DNA of 64,000 nt, from NCBI GenBank assembly GCA_016432465.1, contig CP066690.1:122702-186701 (forward strand). The letters run 5' to 3'. How positions within the stretch are numbered: the first letter of the stretch is position 1; the number at the start of each line of letters is the position of its first letter. The translations under genes and the position numbers were made by a program. Below, piece by piece: positions 35,991 to 45,848 of this stretch. This stretch comes from Candidatus Sungiibacteriota bacterium (GTDB taxonomy: Bacteria > Patescibacteriota > Minisyncoccia > Sungbacterales > HO2-52-23). The notes under the pieces were generated by a model, which saw only the letters and a program-made list of their open reading frames with translations, was not told the origin of the DNA and did no database searches.

Positions 35991-37784
35991 TTATAATTTA
36001 ACCTCCTGCAGGTGATGCATTTTATGAAAATATGACGCGGGGTTTGCTAAAAGCTCCTCCGGCGTTCCCTCCTCTACGATCTTGCCCTGATCCAATACCA
36101 AAAGCCGATCCACGTGCTTTACGGTGGAAAGACGGTGGGCAATAATTATGACCGTAACTTCTCCTTTAAGCTTTTCTATGGCCCGCTGAATAGCGCTTTC
36201 CGACTCGCTGTCCAAGGCGCTGGTGGCTTCATCCAGAATTAAAACTGCGGGACGGCGCGCCAAAATACGCGCGAGAGCCACACGCTGCCTCTGCCCTCCG
36301 GAAAGCATAGTGCCGCGCTCTCCTACCAAAGTTTCAAAATCATGAGGCAAACTTTTTATAAAATCATAAATTTGGGCGCGCTCGGCGGCTTCTGCTACAT
36401 CTTTATCTTGTAGAATACGATCATAAAAAATAATATTTTCTTTAATGGTATCATTTAAAAGGAACGGGTCCTGCGCCACGTACCCGATATTTTTACGCCA
36501 GCTTATTAAATCAAATTCTTTACTCAAAATACCATCTACAACTACAACGCCACTGCTGGGATCATAAAGCCGCATCAAGATATCGGCCAGAGAAGTTTTG
36601 CCCGCACCAGACGGCCCCATTAAACCCACAACTTCCCCTTTTTTTATACGTAAATTAATGTCCGCCAGCACCGGGGCTCTTGACGACGGATAGGAAAAAA
36701 ATACGCTCTGCAGTAATAGTTCCCGCTCCATTACAAACGGTTTTCCTTTTATCACCTCTTCACGCTCTTGGGCCAAAGCCTCTTTGAAACGTACCACATG
36801 CGTTGCATGCGGAATCGTGTCATTGATGAGATGGAGTGCGGTCTGGCCGTTATTTAAATAAAGAAAGATCCTTTGGATAAGAAAAAGGGTGGCAGCAAAT
36901 ACTTGAATGTTAAATCCCGGCGCTTTATACGCCACAGCAAAGGCGTAAGCCACAAATACAATACTGATGGGTTCAAACGCCACACCCGTGAAGGTGGCGA
37001 GGATCGCACGCTTTAATTCCAGAATCCTTCTTTGAGCAAAATAAGCAAAGCCGCGGACACGTACGGCTTCTTCACTGGCTGTACTTTTGACGGTTTTCAT
37101 CCCTAGGGTATGTTCCGTCACAAACTGCGAAATATCTTTGTTCAAACTGGCACCGGCTTGGCCCAACTTTCTGGTTTTTCGCACCAAGGGACGAAATAAA
37201 AAAAGGAGAAAGGCACCGGCAACAACTATCATCAAGGTAAGCCGCGGCTCTGCCGCAAAAGCAAAAGCAGACAAAATAACTATGCTTAGAAAAGAGAGAA
37301 GGACCAGAGCCAACGATTCCAGAAGTTTCCCCGCCGAATCAACGTCCCGAAAAATTACATCATTCACATAGCCAACTTTTTGGGTACCGAAAAAAGACCA
37401 ACGGGAACGAAGCATATAAGAAATAATTTCTGTGGTGGTGCGCTCTTTGAAATCGGCGCGGATATAGGCGCTTAAATACCCAAAAATCATAAGAATCACT
37501 GCCCGGGCCATAAAAAGAACAACAATGCCCAGCAGCAGGTATTTCAGGGTAAAGGGGATGGAAAAAAATTTAAAAATCAGGGCAATATAGCGCGCAATTC
37601 CTCCGGCCGAAGATTCACCCGCATCTCCTATCACAAAGGATAGAAACGGTATAACCGCGCCAATCCCGATACCGGCAATTAAGCTGGATAAAAAACCAAG
37701 CACTCCGAGGAGTGCGATATACCATTTGTAGCCGCCAAAGGCCTTACGCAGTAATGCAAAAGTTGGGATGGGTTTTGCTTCCAT
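35991..37784 (-). CDS. ABC transporter permease/ATPase, lipid-linked glycan flippase-like (PglK/MsbA type)
   Basis: Multiple TM segments; GPSGAGKT, LSGGQRQR, DEATSALD, AHR. Confidence 0.93.
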   Translation of the reverse strand: MEAKPIPTFALLRKAFGGYKWYIALLGVLGFLSSLIAGIGIGAVIPFLSFVIGDAGESSAGGIARYIALIFKFFSIPFTLKYLLLGIVVLFMARAVILMIFGYLSAYIRADFKERTTTEIISYMLRSRWSFFGTQKVGYVNDVIFRDVDSAGKLLESLALVLLSFLSIVILSAFAFAAEPRLTLMIVVAGAFLLFLFRPLVRKTRKLGQAGASLNKDISQFVTEHTLGMKTVKSTASEEAVRVRGFAYFAQRRILELKRAILATFTGVAFEPISIVFVAYAFAVAYKAPGFNIQVFAATLFLIQRIFLYLNNGQTALHLINDTIPHATHVVRFKEALAQEREEVIKGKPFVMERELLLQSVFFSYPSSRAPVLADINLRIKKGEVVGLMGPSGAGKTSLADILMRLYDPSSGVVVVDGILSKEFDLISWRKNIGYVAQDPFLLNDTIKENIIFYDRILQDKDVAEAAERAQIYDFIKSLPHDFETLVGERGTMLSGGQRQRVALARILARRPAVLILDEATSALDSESESAIQRAIEKLKGEVTVIIIAHRLSTVKHVDRLLVLDQGKIVEEGTPEELLANPASYFHKMHHLQEVKL

Positions 37785-37787
37785 GTG

Positions 37788-38369
37788 CTAGCGAAGAAGA
37801 AGCGAAGTTACGTCAACTCCTTTGGCATCCAGTATAAAATTGGCCAGATCACGTATAGCTCCATGCCCACCGCGACGAGGAGTTACGAAATGAACAACTT
37901 TTTTAACAACATCTTCCGCCTGCGCAGGCGCAGCGGCAAGGCCCACATGACGCAGGAGATCGTAATCAGTAAGGTCGTCACCGAGGGCAGCGCAATCACC
38001 CAAATTCAGCCGGTGACTTGCAAGCCACGATTCCACAACCGCTACTTTTTGCAAACGCTCCACCCCGCTGAAAATTTTAATGGGTAGCCATTTGCCGGAC
38101 GCTACCGAAGGAAGGCCATTCCACTTTTCCACCAACCGCTCTAAAAAAGCCGCATGCTGTCCATGCTCTCCAGTGACGCAGACAATAGGAATACCCGCGG
38201 CGCGCAGCAGCGAAACCCCTTGCCCATCAGCATGACAACGTGTCTTGGCCAACGGTCCTTCTTTTCCTTCAATCACATGCCCTGTAAAAATAACTCCGTC
38301 GCTGTCCAAAGCCACGGCCTTTATGTTACGGGCGCGGGCTAAAATGTCCTCTGGATATTTATAATTCAT
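37788..38369 (-). CDS. kdsC: KdsC-like HAD phosphatase (KDO8P/NulO-9-P phosphatase)
   Basis: LDSDGV, DGQG, GDDLTD, GGHGAIRD. Confidence 0.82.
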   Translation of the reverse strand: MNYKYPEDILARARNIKAVALDSDGVIFTGHVIEGKEGPLAKTRCHADGQGVSLLRAAGIPIVCVTGEHGQHAAFLERLVEKWNGLPSVASGKWLPIKIFSGVERLQKVAVVESWLASHRLNLGDCAALGDDLTDYDLLRHVGLAAAPAQAEDVVKKVVHFVTPRRGGHGAIRDLANFILDAKGVDVTSLLLR

Positions 38370-38406
38370 ATTAACTACTATAACGCTTACGGAACATAAA
38401 TGGTAA

Positions 38407-38431
38407 ATCCCGCATGAAGCTCATGCGGGAT
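38407..38431 (-). terminator. Terminator-like hairpin
   Basis: ATCCCGCATGA-AGC-TCATGCGGGAT. Confidence 0.65.
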
Positions 38432-38439
38432 AAATTAAG

Positions 38440-39621
38440 TTAACTTTGTCTTGCATACTTCTGGATCGTAGCCGCCATTTTGCTTACTGCAATTCCGGGT
38501 TCACGGTACGGATACTCACGCTCCTGCAGTCTCTTCTGACCCACATACCCATCATAAAAAAGAAGACCGGCAATCACCTGCCAAAGATGGGTGGGGTCGC
38601 CGTATACACCAATGGAAGCGCCCAGAACCGCAGGCTGCCACTCTTCCTGCCCATATGATTCAGGATTTCTGCCACGAGAATAACAAGAAAGGTAAGAGAC
38701 AGCCGGTTTACGCCGATGGGCAGCTTCAACCTCTGAAGTTGAAGCAGGGCCAATTACCAAATCGCTCCCTACAATCAACCTGGAGGTGCTCATCCCGCCA
38801 ATACCACTTTTGCGATCACCGGGAATCACTCGAAAAGGAACACCGCAATATCTCGTCACCGCAGCTTCTTCGTAGTAAATCTTAGGTTCTGGATATTTTA
38901 TCAATGAATCGGTCAAATCGTTTTGGGGATTAAGGGTGACATCGCTGGGGTGAAGTGAAAGTAAAACCTGAAATTTTCTATACATTTTATGTGGCACGTG
39001 TAAGGCCTCCATTACCCCAATAACCATGGGCATATTAGTATAGGGCGACTTGCTGCCGCTTAAAACAATCAGCTTCTCGTCAAGTCCAACACCAAGCTCC
39101 GCTCTTACTTCCTCGTACGAGGACAAAGGCAGAAACCATTCTTCCCAGATGGGATTACCGCTGGCAACCACTTCTGCCTTGGGAAAAAGTTTTTGGGCCG
39201 AAGCCGCTTCAGAATCGCTAATCTGGAAAAGAAAACTTGCGCTGTTACGAAACTCCTCAAACCAAGGACGATAGTGACAGCCATAAATATCGCAATAAAA
39301 ACCAAAAGGAATACCTTGATCCAAAGCGGCTTTAGCAGCAACAATTTCCACAACCGCATTATCTGCGGGATTGGACATGCCGAGAACCACAACCGCAGCT
39401 TGCTTAACCGCACTAATTATTTCTTCGATACTTGCCTTAGACGGCTTTCCGTAACCAAGAAAGGCAGTAACTGGCCAAGTGGGATTAAGATGCCGGGGAG
39501 CATTAGGATCAGCGGCTGACCATGCGGACTGTTCTTCCAAATTCTTCTTAACCCGATCCAGCGCCTGCGAAGGAGCAGTATCATGAGCTACCAAAACAAC
39601 CGGCCTTACATCCTTAACCAT
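38440..39621 (-). CDS. Hypothetical GT-B-like protein (distant glycerophosphotransferase-like)
   Basis: SGNP, LHP, SDLVI..STSEVEAA..KP; SD GAGGAGG. Confidence 0.6.
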   Translation of the reverse strand: MVKDVRPVVLVAHDTAPSQALDRVKKNLEEQSAWSAADPNAPRHLNPTWPVTAFLGYGKPSKASIEEIISAVKQAAVVVLGMSNPADNAVVEIVAAKAALDQGIPFGFYCDIYGCHYRPWFEEFRNSASFLFQISDSEAASAQKLFPKAEVVASGNPIWEEWFLPLSSYEEVRAELGVGLDEKLIVLSGSKSPYTNMPMVIGVMEALHVPHKMYRKFQVLLSLHPSDVTLNPQNDLTDSLIKYPEPKIYYEEAAVTRYCGVPFRVIPGDRKSGIGGMSTSRLIVGSDLVIGPASTSEVEAAHRRKPAVSYLSCYSRGRNPESYGQEEWQPAVLGASIGVYGDPTHLWQVIAGLLFYDGYVGQKRLQEREYPYREPGIAVSKMAATIQKYARQS

Positions 39622-39822
39622 CCTGCTACCTCCTCAAATGAAAAGAGCTGGACCCCTCCAGCCCAAAATATATATTAAGAAATTGTTAAGAAAAGTCAAG
39701 CCGGTCTTAACCATTCGCAACATCCATGAGTCGTATCACGAAAGAATTACCGAACTTTTGTTACCAATGTCTTGAAGGATTAAAAAAACCCTGACCAGGG
39801 GTCAGAGCTTATCGAGTTTTTG

Positions 39823-40482
39823 TTACAGATGCGGCCGTCGTATTCTAGAACGAGGTGCCCTCGTCGTAGTCCGTGAAGACTTGCTTGGGACCTGTGCTGC
39901 CTGCCTAAACGAACGGTACGGTTCTTCTGCACTCCAGTGAGTTAGATTCAAGTCTCTCCAGCACAAACCACAAATATCGAAGTTACATTCGTGTCGACAG
40001 CAAATTCCAATTATGTGGTCACCCACAAGGTTTTCTAACCGTTGCCACTCTCTTTTGGCGGTCCTTATCTTCATATCATAAGGCTGAAGCCTTCTAGCTA
40101 ACTCTGTCCCGGAAAGTCCTTCAACGATTGCTTGTACCTGTGCTTTATGCTGTTCAATCGCCGCTGCGCCAACAATTTCTGCCTTTTTCCTGAAAACTTC
40201 CCGTATTCTTTGTAGCAGAGGGGCATTTATTCCTAGCCCTGTATCCCTTTCGGGATCACCCCAAAGAGTGGGATAGAAGCCAAATTCTTTTTCAAATATG
40301 CGGCGCTCCCTATTCAAATATATATATTTGATAAGCCAATAGGAACCGGCAAGAGCCAAAGGTATAGAGACGAACACCACACCTTTGATGAAAAAGATGA
40401 GGGTGAGTGCGACCAAAACACTAACTACTCCTGTATCCAACAGAGAAAGAATATACCACTTGCCGCAGTTGAACTTACCCAT
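39823..40482 (-). CDS. Hypothetical membrane protein
   Basis: Two N-terminal TM segments, Cys cluster CCRHECNFDICGLC; SD-like GAAGGGG before ATG 40482. Confidence 0.55.
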   Translation of the reverse strand: MGKFNCGKWYILSLLDTGVVSVLVALTLIFFIKGVVFVSIPLALAGSYWLIKYIYLNRERRIFEKEFGFYPTLWGDPERDTGLGINAPLLQRIREVFRKKAEIVGAAAIEQHKAQVQAIVEGLSGTELARRLQPYDMKIRTAKREWQRLENLVGDHIIGICCRHECNFDICGLCWRDLNLTHWSAEEPYRSFRQAAQVPSKSSRTTTRAPRSRIRRPHL

Positions 40483-40637
40483 TCCGTCCCCTTCTCCGAT
40501 GTTCCTCATCGGATGTCCACGGTTCGTCCGTGGCCCGGCGTTCCCCGCCAGGAGTAAAAGTTTCTTGTCAAACCCTTACTCCTGGCAACGATCTATGCCT
40601 AAGACCATTAAAATCCTAACATGTAATAAGTTTTACG

Positions 40638-42038
40638 TCAAGCTCGCTCCAGAGAAAGTAAAACTTGTGCCAACAGTTCTGTGGCTCTTCCGTCCTGCGG
40701 CCCCAAAAAGCGGGAACGCAGACATTCCCGCCCCTTCTCGTCCAGAGACGGGTTTTTAAGATACTTGCTAATTGTTCTTTCAAACTCTTTAGGGGAAGAT
40801 ACCGCCCGTACTCCTCCCGTTGTGATAAGATCTGTCCAATAAAAAGCCGTACCGTCATAAAAACGGGCAAAAGATTTCCAATACGGAACATCGGGCGCAG
40901 CATCAAAAGCAGTAACCACCATGGGTTTTTTAAAAACTGCGGCCTCAAGCAGAATGGCGCCTCCGGGTGTTATCAGCATCTCGCTGTAGCGCATGGCGTT
41001 TATAAAACTGTTTATGTTTCCCCGGTCTATGGTCGGGTCAGGATATTTGAGATTGGTGGTATTTACAAAATCAACCACCACCGAATCAAAACGACGCGAC
41101 CTTAACTCTTTTAGGGCTTCAGCCGCGCCGGCATAATAGGGTTGGGGCCTGAAGATCATAACCAAATCTTTGGGCAGGCGTCCGTTTTGGACCAATTTTC
41201 CAAAAAGCTCTACAAAAGCAAGATCGCGCCCCAGATCCCCAATGCCGCTATCGGCATAAAGGATACAGCGTTTTCGCGGGTCAATTCCGAGTGCCCTGCA
41301 AAACTCCTCGCGCGACGGCAGGGACTGATCTGTCTTAAACCAGTCAAAATAAGGAAATCCGGTGACATGAATTCTGTTTTTCGGAAAAAAGTTAAATCGT
41401 ACTGCCATGTCTTTTAAAAATTCATTCTGTAAAATCAGATGGTCGGGGTGAAAAAGCAAAAAAGAAGTCGGACCAAGGTTGGTCCACATACGTACCGAAG
41501 CGGCTGTTGTTGCGCCGTAACTTCGGGCCGCAAGAAGTATAGGAACATCAAAAGTCCATTCAGTAAGCGACGTTGCAAATACCAGATCTGGTTTTATCTC
41601 CTGAAAAAGAGGGGACAGAGATGAAGATACTGAAATCTTGGCAACCACCCGCCTGACAAGTCGCTGGGTGAGGCGTGAAGGAATAAATCCCACCAGGCGC
41701 CACAACAAAAGACGCGGTATAAGAAGAAACCAAGACTTGCCACGACGCACGCTGCGGTAAATCTGATGACGCACTGCTGCAAAATTAACCAAAACATTCT
41801 CGGAGACCAAAACGCAAATCCTAAATAAAAAAGAAGGGCGTCCTGTCCCCACCCGCACCCCCATAACTCTTACCCGTTCCCCTTCAAATTCTTCCTGATA
41901 TTGTTTTTCAAATCCTTTCTCAACCAGAAGCACCACCTTTACATTTCCGCTTGAGACAAGTTTTTCCAGAAGCCCGCTTCTTAAAAAATAACGCTGAATA
42001 AGCTTAGTGTTTTTTACGCAAATACAAATAGTCTTCAT
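40638..42038 (-). CDS. Glycerophosphotransferase-like GT-B protein (paralog of 34630)
   Basis: WTNL, GFPYFD, FRPQP, LLEAA..KP, YLKNP.LD..GR. Confidence 0.65.
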   Translation of the reverse strand: MKTICICVKNTKLIQRYFLRSGLLEKLVSSGNVKVVLLVEKGFEKQYQEEFEGERVRVMGVRVGTGRPSFLFRICVLVSENVLVNFAAVRHQIYRSVRRGKSWFLLIPRLLLWRLVGFIPSRLTQRLVRRVVAKISVSSSLSPLFQEIKPDLVFATSLTEWTFDVPILLAARSYGATTAASVRMWTNLGPTSFLLFHPDHLILQNEFLKDMAVRFNFFPKNRIHVTGFPYFDWFKTDQSLPSREEFCRALGIDPRKRCILYADSGIGDLGRDLAFVELFGKLVQNGRLPKDLVMIFRPQPYYAGAAEALKELRSRRFDSVVVDFVNTTNLKYPDPTIDRGNINSFINAMRYSEMLITPGGAILLEAAVFKKPMVVTAFDAAPDVPYWKSFARFYDGTAFYWTDLITTGGVRAVSSPKEFERTISKYLKNPSLDEKGRECLRSRFLGPQDGRATELLAQVLLSLERA

Positions 42039-43408
42039 GAATACAGCTTCTTAAGCAAAATACGCGCGATTCTTTCCCCCACCCTTCCGTCATACGGCTC
42101 AAGAAATTGTTCTCGGACGCGTTCCCTCCCCTCAAAGTCCAGATGCGGATTTTTAAGATAAGATCTGATGGCATTTGCAAATTCCTCCGCAGTATCAGCC
42201 CGACGAAAACCGCCGGTTTCAAGCAACGCTTGCCAATGCGACCAATGGTCCAAAAACCGTCCTGCCGAAAACCAGTAGGGCGCGGGTCCGGCCTCAAAGC
42301 CCACTGATATGGCGGGTTTATCCAAAACAATACCGTCAATACCCAAAGTGGAGGCAACGGTCACCACCATTTCGCTGTGGAAAATAGAATTCATAAGATG
42401 CGCCGTCTCTTTCTCCCGCATCTCCCAAACATCAGCCGCTGACTTGGTAAAAGAACTGATATCAGGCACCACATAACGCAGTCCCTCTATTCTTTCCATA
42501 GAACCGGTGGATCCGGGATAAGGACGAAAGAGCATAATAAGATCTTGCGGAAGCTTTCCCGACTCTACCAGATTATTAAAAATACGGGCAATTTCTCCAT
42601 CGCGCGGAAACCAGAAATATTCCATAGCGCCAAAAAATATAACGCGTTTTTTGGGATCAATGCCCAGACGCGCCAAAAAATCCTGACGGCTATCAATTAA
42701 GTCCTTCCTTAAAAACCAGTCGTTTCTGGGGAATCCAACGCGGATTGTGCGTTGGTCAGGGATAAATTGATATTTTTGCGCGGTCTTGCCGGCAAAACGG
42801 CTGTGCACCAATAAAATATCCGGCACCACCCTCATCACACCGCTATTGGTAAAGTTATCCCAGCCGCGCGTAATACCAATGGTCTGAACCATCCGGCGTC
42901 TGGCTTCGCGCAAAATAGGAACATCCATCTGGGCAAACATGGCTACCGTGGAAAAAACTAAACTGGGATGGTAACGCTCAAAAAGCTGTCCGACACTCGG
43001 ATGCGGCGGCAAAAAGGTTTCGGCCGTGCGCAAAAACTTTTGGAAAATACGCGAGCGTCCGAGAAAAAACCAAAGACCGCGTTTTAGAAAAAAAGCAATA
43101 TGCCGCATCAATCCCTGCGTCGTTAAGTATTTACGCATCTGATTCAAGGTAACGGTACTGGTACGCAGAGCATTGAGGGCCAAAAATAGCATCAGCCGCT
43201 CAAGAGTAGAAAAAGGAATGGATGGAAGCGCCTCTACCAAGATATTGTCTCCGCTAAATTCTTTTCTGTATTCTTCGGCTTTAGACGGAGGCACAATAAG
43301 GACAATACGAAAATTACGTCCTGCCAAAAGCTTCCTCCAAAATTCGCCGCGCAGAAGATGATGCGCCACGCTGGCCTCTCCCACGGTAATAAAAATAGTC
43401 TTGGTCAT
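42035..43408 (-). CDS. Glycerophosphotransferase-like GT-B protein (paralog of 34630)
   Basis: GWDNFT, GFPRND, FRPYP, STLGID..DKP, YLKNP.LD.EGR. Confidence 0.65.
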   Translation of the reverse strand: MTKTIFITVGEASVAHHLLRGEFWRKLLAGRNFRIVLIVPPSKAEEYRKEFSGDNILVEALPSIPFSTLERLMLFLALNALRTSTVTLNQMRKYLTTQGLMRHIAFFLKRGLWFFLGRSRIFQKFLRTAETFLPPHPSVGQLFERYHPSLVFSTVAMFAQMDVPILREARRRMVQTIGITRGWDNFTNSGVMRVVPDILLVHSRFAGKTAQKYQFIPDQRTIRVGFPRNDWFLRKDLIDSRQDFLARLGIDPKKRVIFFGAMEYFWFPRDGEIARIFNNLVESGKLPQDLIMLFRPYPGSTGSMERIEGLRYVVPDISSFTKSAADVWEMREKETAHLMNSIFHSEMVVTVASTLGIDGIVLDKPAISVGFEAGPAPYWFSAGRFLDHWSHWQALLETGGFRRADTAEEFANAIRSYLKNPHLDFEGRERVREQFLEPYDGRVGERIARILLKKLYS

Positions 43409-45159
43409 TTTTTCTTCAAAAGATAGGGGCCCAAGACAAGATAGCGAAGCCCGGAATTATCAAAAACGTGCAGTGCGTCCTCCGGCGTATAAACTATGGG
43501 GTGGCCGTGAAGGTTAAAAGACGTATTGAGGATAATCCCTTCTCCGGTCAATCGCTCAAATTCAGAAATTATCCGAAAATAAGACGGGTTAGAATCTGAC
43601 GACACTTCCTGGGGTCGGCAAGTGTTATCGTAAGGATGAAGGGCCGCCGCAAGCTTATCCACCTTCCCCTCTTTTACGTCAAAAGTAAGAATCATGAAGG
43701 GCGCAGGAACGCATTTGGGATTTTCAACATAGCGATCAAGCTCAATACAGGACGGAGCAAAAGGCATCCAAAAATCCCGTGATTTTATCATGCGATTAAT
43801 TTCCTTAACGACCCCCCACTCGCGAGGATCCGCAAGAATAGAACGATTACCCAAAGCCCGCGCCCCAAATTCCATTTTTCCGTCAAAACGCGCGACTACA
43901 GCGCGGCCGGCAAGAAGCTCCGCAATTTTTCTCTCCACATTTTCCGGGCGTTCCCACTCTACGGCGTTTCGAAAAGCATAGGAGCGTATGGACTTCTCCA
44001 CCTCTTTATCCGAAAAATCTCCACCAAGATACAAATGCCGCAAGGGCTGCGGCACCTTGCCGGTCAAATTTTGATAAGCAAGATAAAGACCGCCAAAAAC
44101 ATTGGATTCGTCCCCGCAGGACGGGAATACAAAAAGCTTTTTCACCCCTTCAAGCTCCATTATTTTTTTATTGAGCTTGACGTTCATAAATAAACCCCCG
44201 GAAAGAGCAAGATTGCTGATCTTTAGGGTGCCCAGGATGTTATGAACCCACTCCGTCACAAATTCTTCCACAAAAAGCTGAAGACCGGCTGCAATGTGGT
44301 CAAAACGATAAAACTTAAGGTCGCGCGTAAGACGCGGCCCCAGTTTATACGTTGCCTCAATTCCCGGTGACCTGTGATAGGTCAAACCATCGTCGTTTAG
44401 CAGAAAAAATTTTTTAAAATAAGCGCAAAGCTCGCGGGCAGAGCGTGAATCCTGCGCATAGGGCGCCAAACCCATTACTTTATACTCATGCTCCAGCGGC
44501 ACCATGCCAAGATAATAGGTAATCAGGGCATAAAGGCGCGCAATGGAATCTTCCACGGGGATTAGGGCCAGACGCTTCAGCACTCCGCCCTCCAAAACAC
44601 TGACGCTGCCCGACAAATTGTCTCCGGCGCCGTCAGAAGTAATTACCACCAGCTTCTCCCCCAGACCCCATCCGTAAGCGGCTGATGCGGCATGGCACAG
44701 GTGATGATCAAAAAATTTAATTTTTGATCTAGAAACCCCTAGATCCAACAGGGGTTTCATCCGGCGCTCTAAAAACTCCGCCCTTTTCCTTTCCTGCAAA
44801 ATCCCAAAAACCGGAGAAGGAAGAAAGCCGACTAAGCTCTTTTGGGCTGTACGCAAAAAGGAAACAGGAGACAGTTTTCTTTCTTCAAAAAGATTTCTGT
44901 GTTTTTGCATCAGATACTCCACCCCTTGCCCCTTTTTCCACCCTCCGGTATTTAGCGCATCGGTGAATACAAAAATATCAACATCCCGGATATGGAGTTG
45001 GTGCCTTTGCAGGAGCTCCTGCAAAGCAAGCTCCGGAAAACCGGCTGTATTTTTTATCCGCGTAAGTCGCTCCTCTTGTATGGCAAACTTCACTTCGCCT
45101 TCTTCCATATAAGCAAGGGAGGCGTTGTGGCCGTCTTGTATGGCGACAATTTTAATCAT
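43405..45159 (-). CDS. Carbamoyltransferase (NodU/CmcH family)
   Basis: HNAS, EERLTR.K, HHLCHA, DGAGD, EYKVMGLAPY, GGLFMNVK, EFGARALGNRS, NTSFN. Confidence 0.95.
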   Translation of the reverse strand: MIKIVAIQDGHNASLAYMEEGEVKFAIQEERLTRIKNTAGFPELALQELLQRHQLHIRDVDIFVFTDALNTGGWKKGQGVEYLMQKHRNLFEERKLSPVSFLRTAQKSLVGFLPSPVFGILQERKRAEFLERRMKPLLDLGVSRSKIKFFDHHLCHAASAAYGWGLGEKLVVITSDGAGDNLSGSVSVLEGGVLKRLALIPVEDSIARLYALITYYLGMVPLEHEYKVMGLAPYAQDSRSARELCAYFKKFFLLNDDGLTYHRSPGIEATYKLGPRLTRDLKFYRFDHIAAGLQLFVEEFVTEWVHNILGTLKISNLALSGGLFMNVKLNKKIMELEGVKKLFVFPSCGDESNVFGGLYLAYQNLTGKVPQPLRHLYLGGDFSDKEVEKSIRSYAFRNAVEWERPENVERKIAELLAGRAVVARFDGKMEFGARALGNRSILADPREWGVVKEINRMIKSRDFWMPFAPSCIELDRYVENPKCVPAPFMILTFDVKEGKVDKLAAALHPYDNTCRPQEVSSDSNPSYFRIISEFERLTGEGIILNTSFNLHGHPIVYTPEDALHVFDNSGLRYLVLGPYLLKKK

Positions 45160-45200
45160 AAATTAAATAAATTAGTATAATTATAATCGTAAGAAATCAT

Positions 45201-45835
45201 CGCGTTGTTTACGCTTTGGAAAGCGCGGTTCCCTCGTCCCCCCCTTCTCCGCTCACGGGTTCCAGCGCGGACAAATTCTACGCGCTCCGCTCAAGGAACC
45301 CTCGGTGTTCTCCGACTACGGTCGGAGCCACCGTTTCCCCTTCGCTCCGCCTGCGTGAATTTGTAGCCGCGCTTCCACAGTTCGCGGAAGAAGGGGGGGC
45401 TCGACCGCGCTTTCAGGATTTCCGCCCCGCTTTTTGTATAGATACACGGGTTCGAGCCCCTCACTTGGTGGAAAGAATCGGAAGTGCCGCTGTCAATGGG
45501 GGGCCGGGGAGAGAAGACATCACGGAGCGGCACGGACGTCCCGCACATATCCCGAACGCAGTGAGGTTAAAGTGCGCGATCCCGTACTGTCCGCGAATGA
45601 TGACCTTGGTATTACCAAGAACTCATTCGGGATATAACGGGATCCTCGCAACTGGTAGCCGCTCACTATGTTCGCGGACAGTTGCGGGACTTAGCGAGGC
45701 GGGGAGAATAGAGGAAGAATTTTTACCCCGCCGAGCGTCTTTACACCAAGTGAGGGACGAGGGGCACCCGTGATACCTTTTTACAAAAAGCGGGGAAAGT
45801 CTGACTTCCCGGGGCGGAAAAGTGTAAACAACGCG
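45201..45835. mobile_element. Large TIR-bounded structured element, copy B (inverted relative to copy A, with extra nested inserts)
   Basis: TIRs CGCGTTGTTTACGCTTT / AAAGTGTAAACAACGCG (16 of 17 match); shares TATTCTCCCCGCCTCGCTAAG, CGTCCGTGCCGC, TGACAGCGGCACTTCCGATTCTTTCC, AGTGAGGGGCTCGA and AAAGCGGGGCGGA with 13525-14006. Confidence 0.85.
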
Positions 45836-45848
45836 GTTAAATCTTACA

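Noticed and set aside
45448-45460. GGGTTCGAGCCC resembling a tRNA/tmRNA T-arm
   Set aside because: No cloverleaf, acceptor stem or CCA; the homologous site in copy A reads GGGGTCGAGCCC
45216-45773. 185-aa and 85-aa ORFs, considered as a possible transposase
   Set aside because: GC-rich palindromic DNA lacking stops; no HUH, DDE or RuvC motifs; frame not shared with copy A
45791-45810. GGAAAGTC resembling the RNase P P4 motif
   Set aside because: It is the 15-bp palindromic insert; no complementary RNase P 3' motif found
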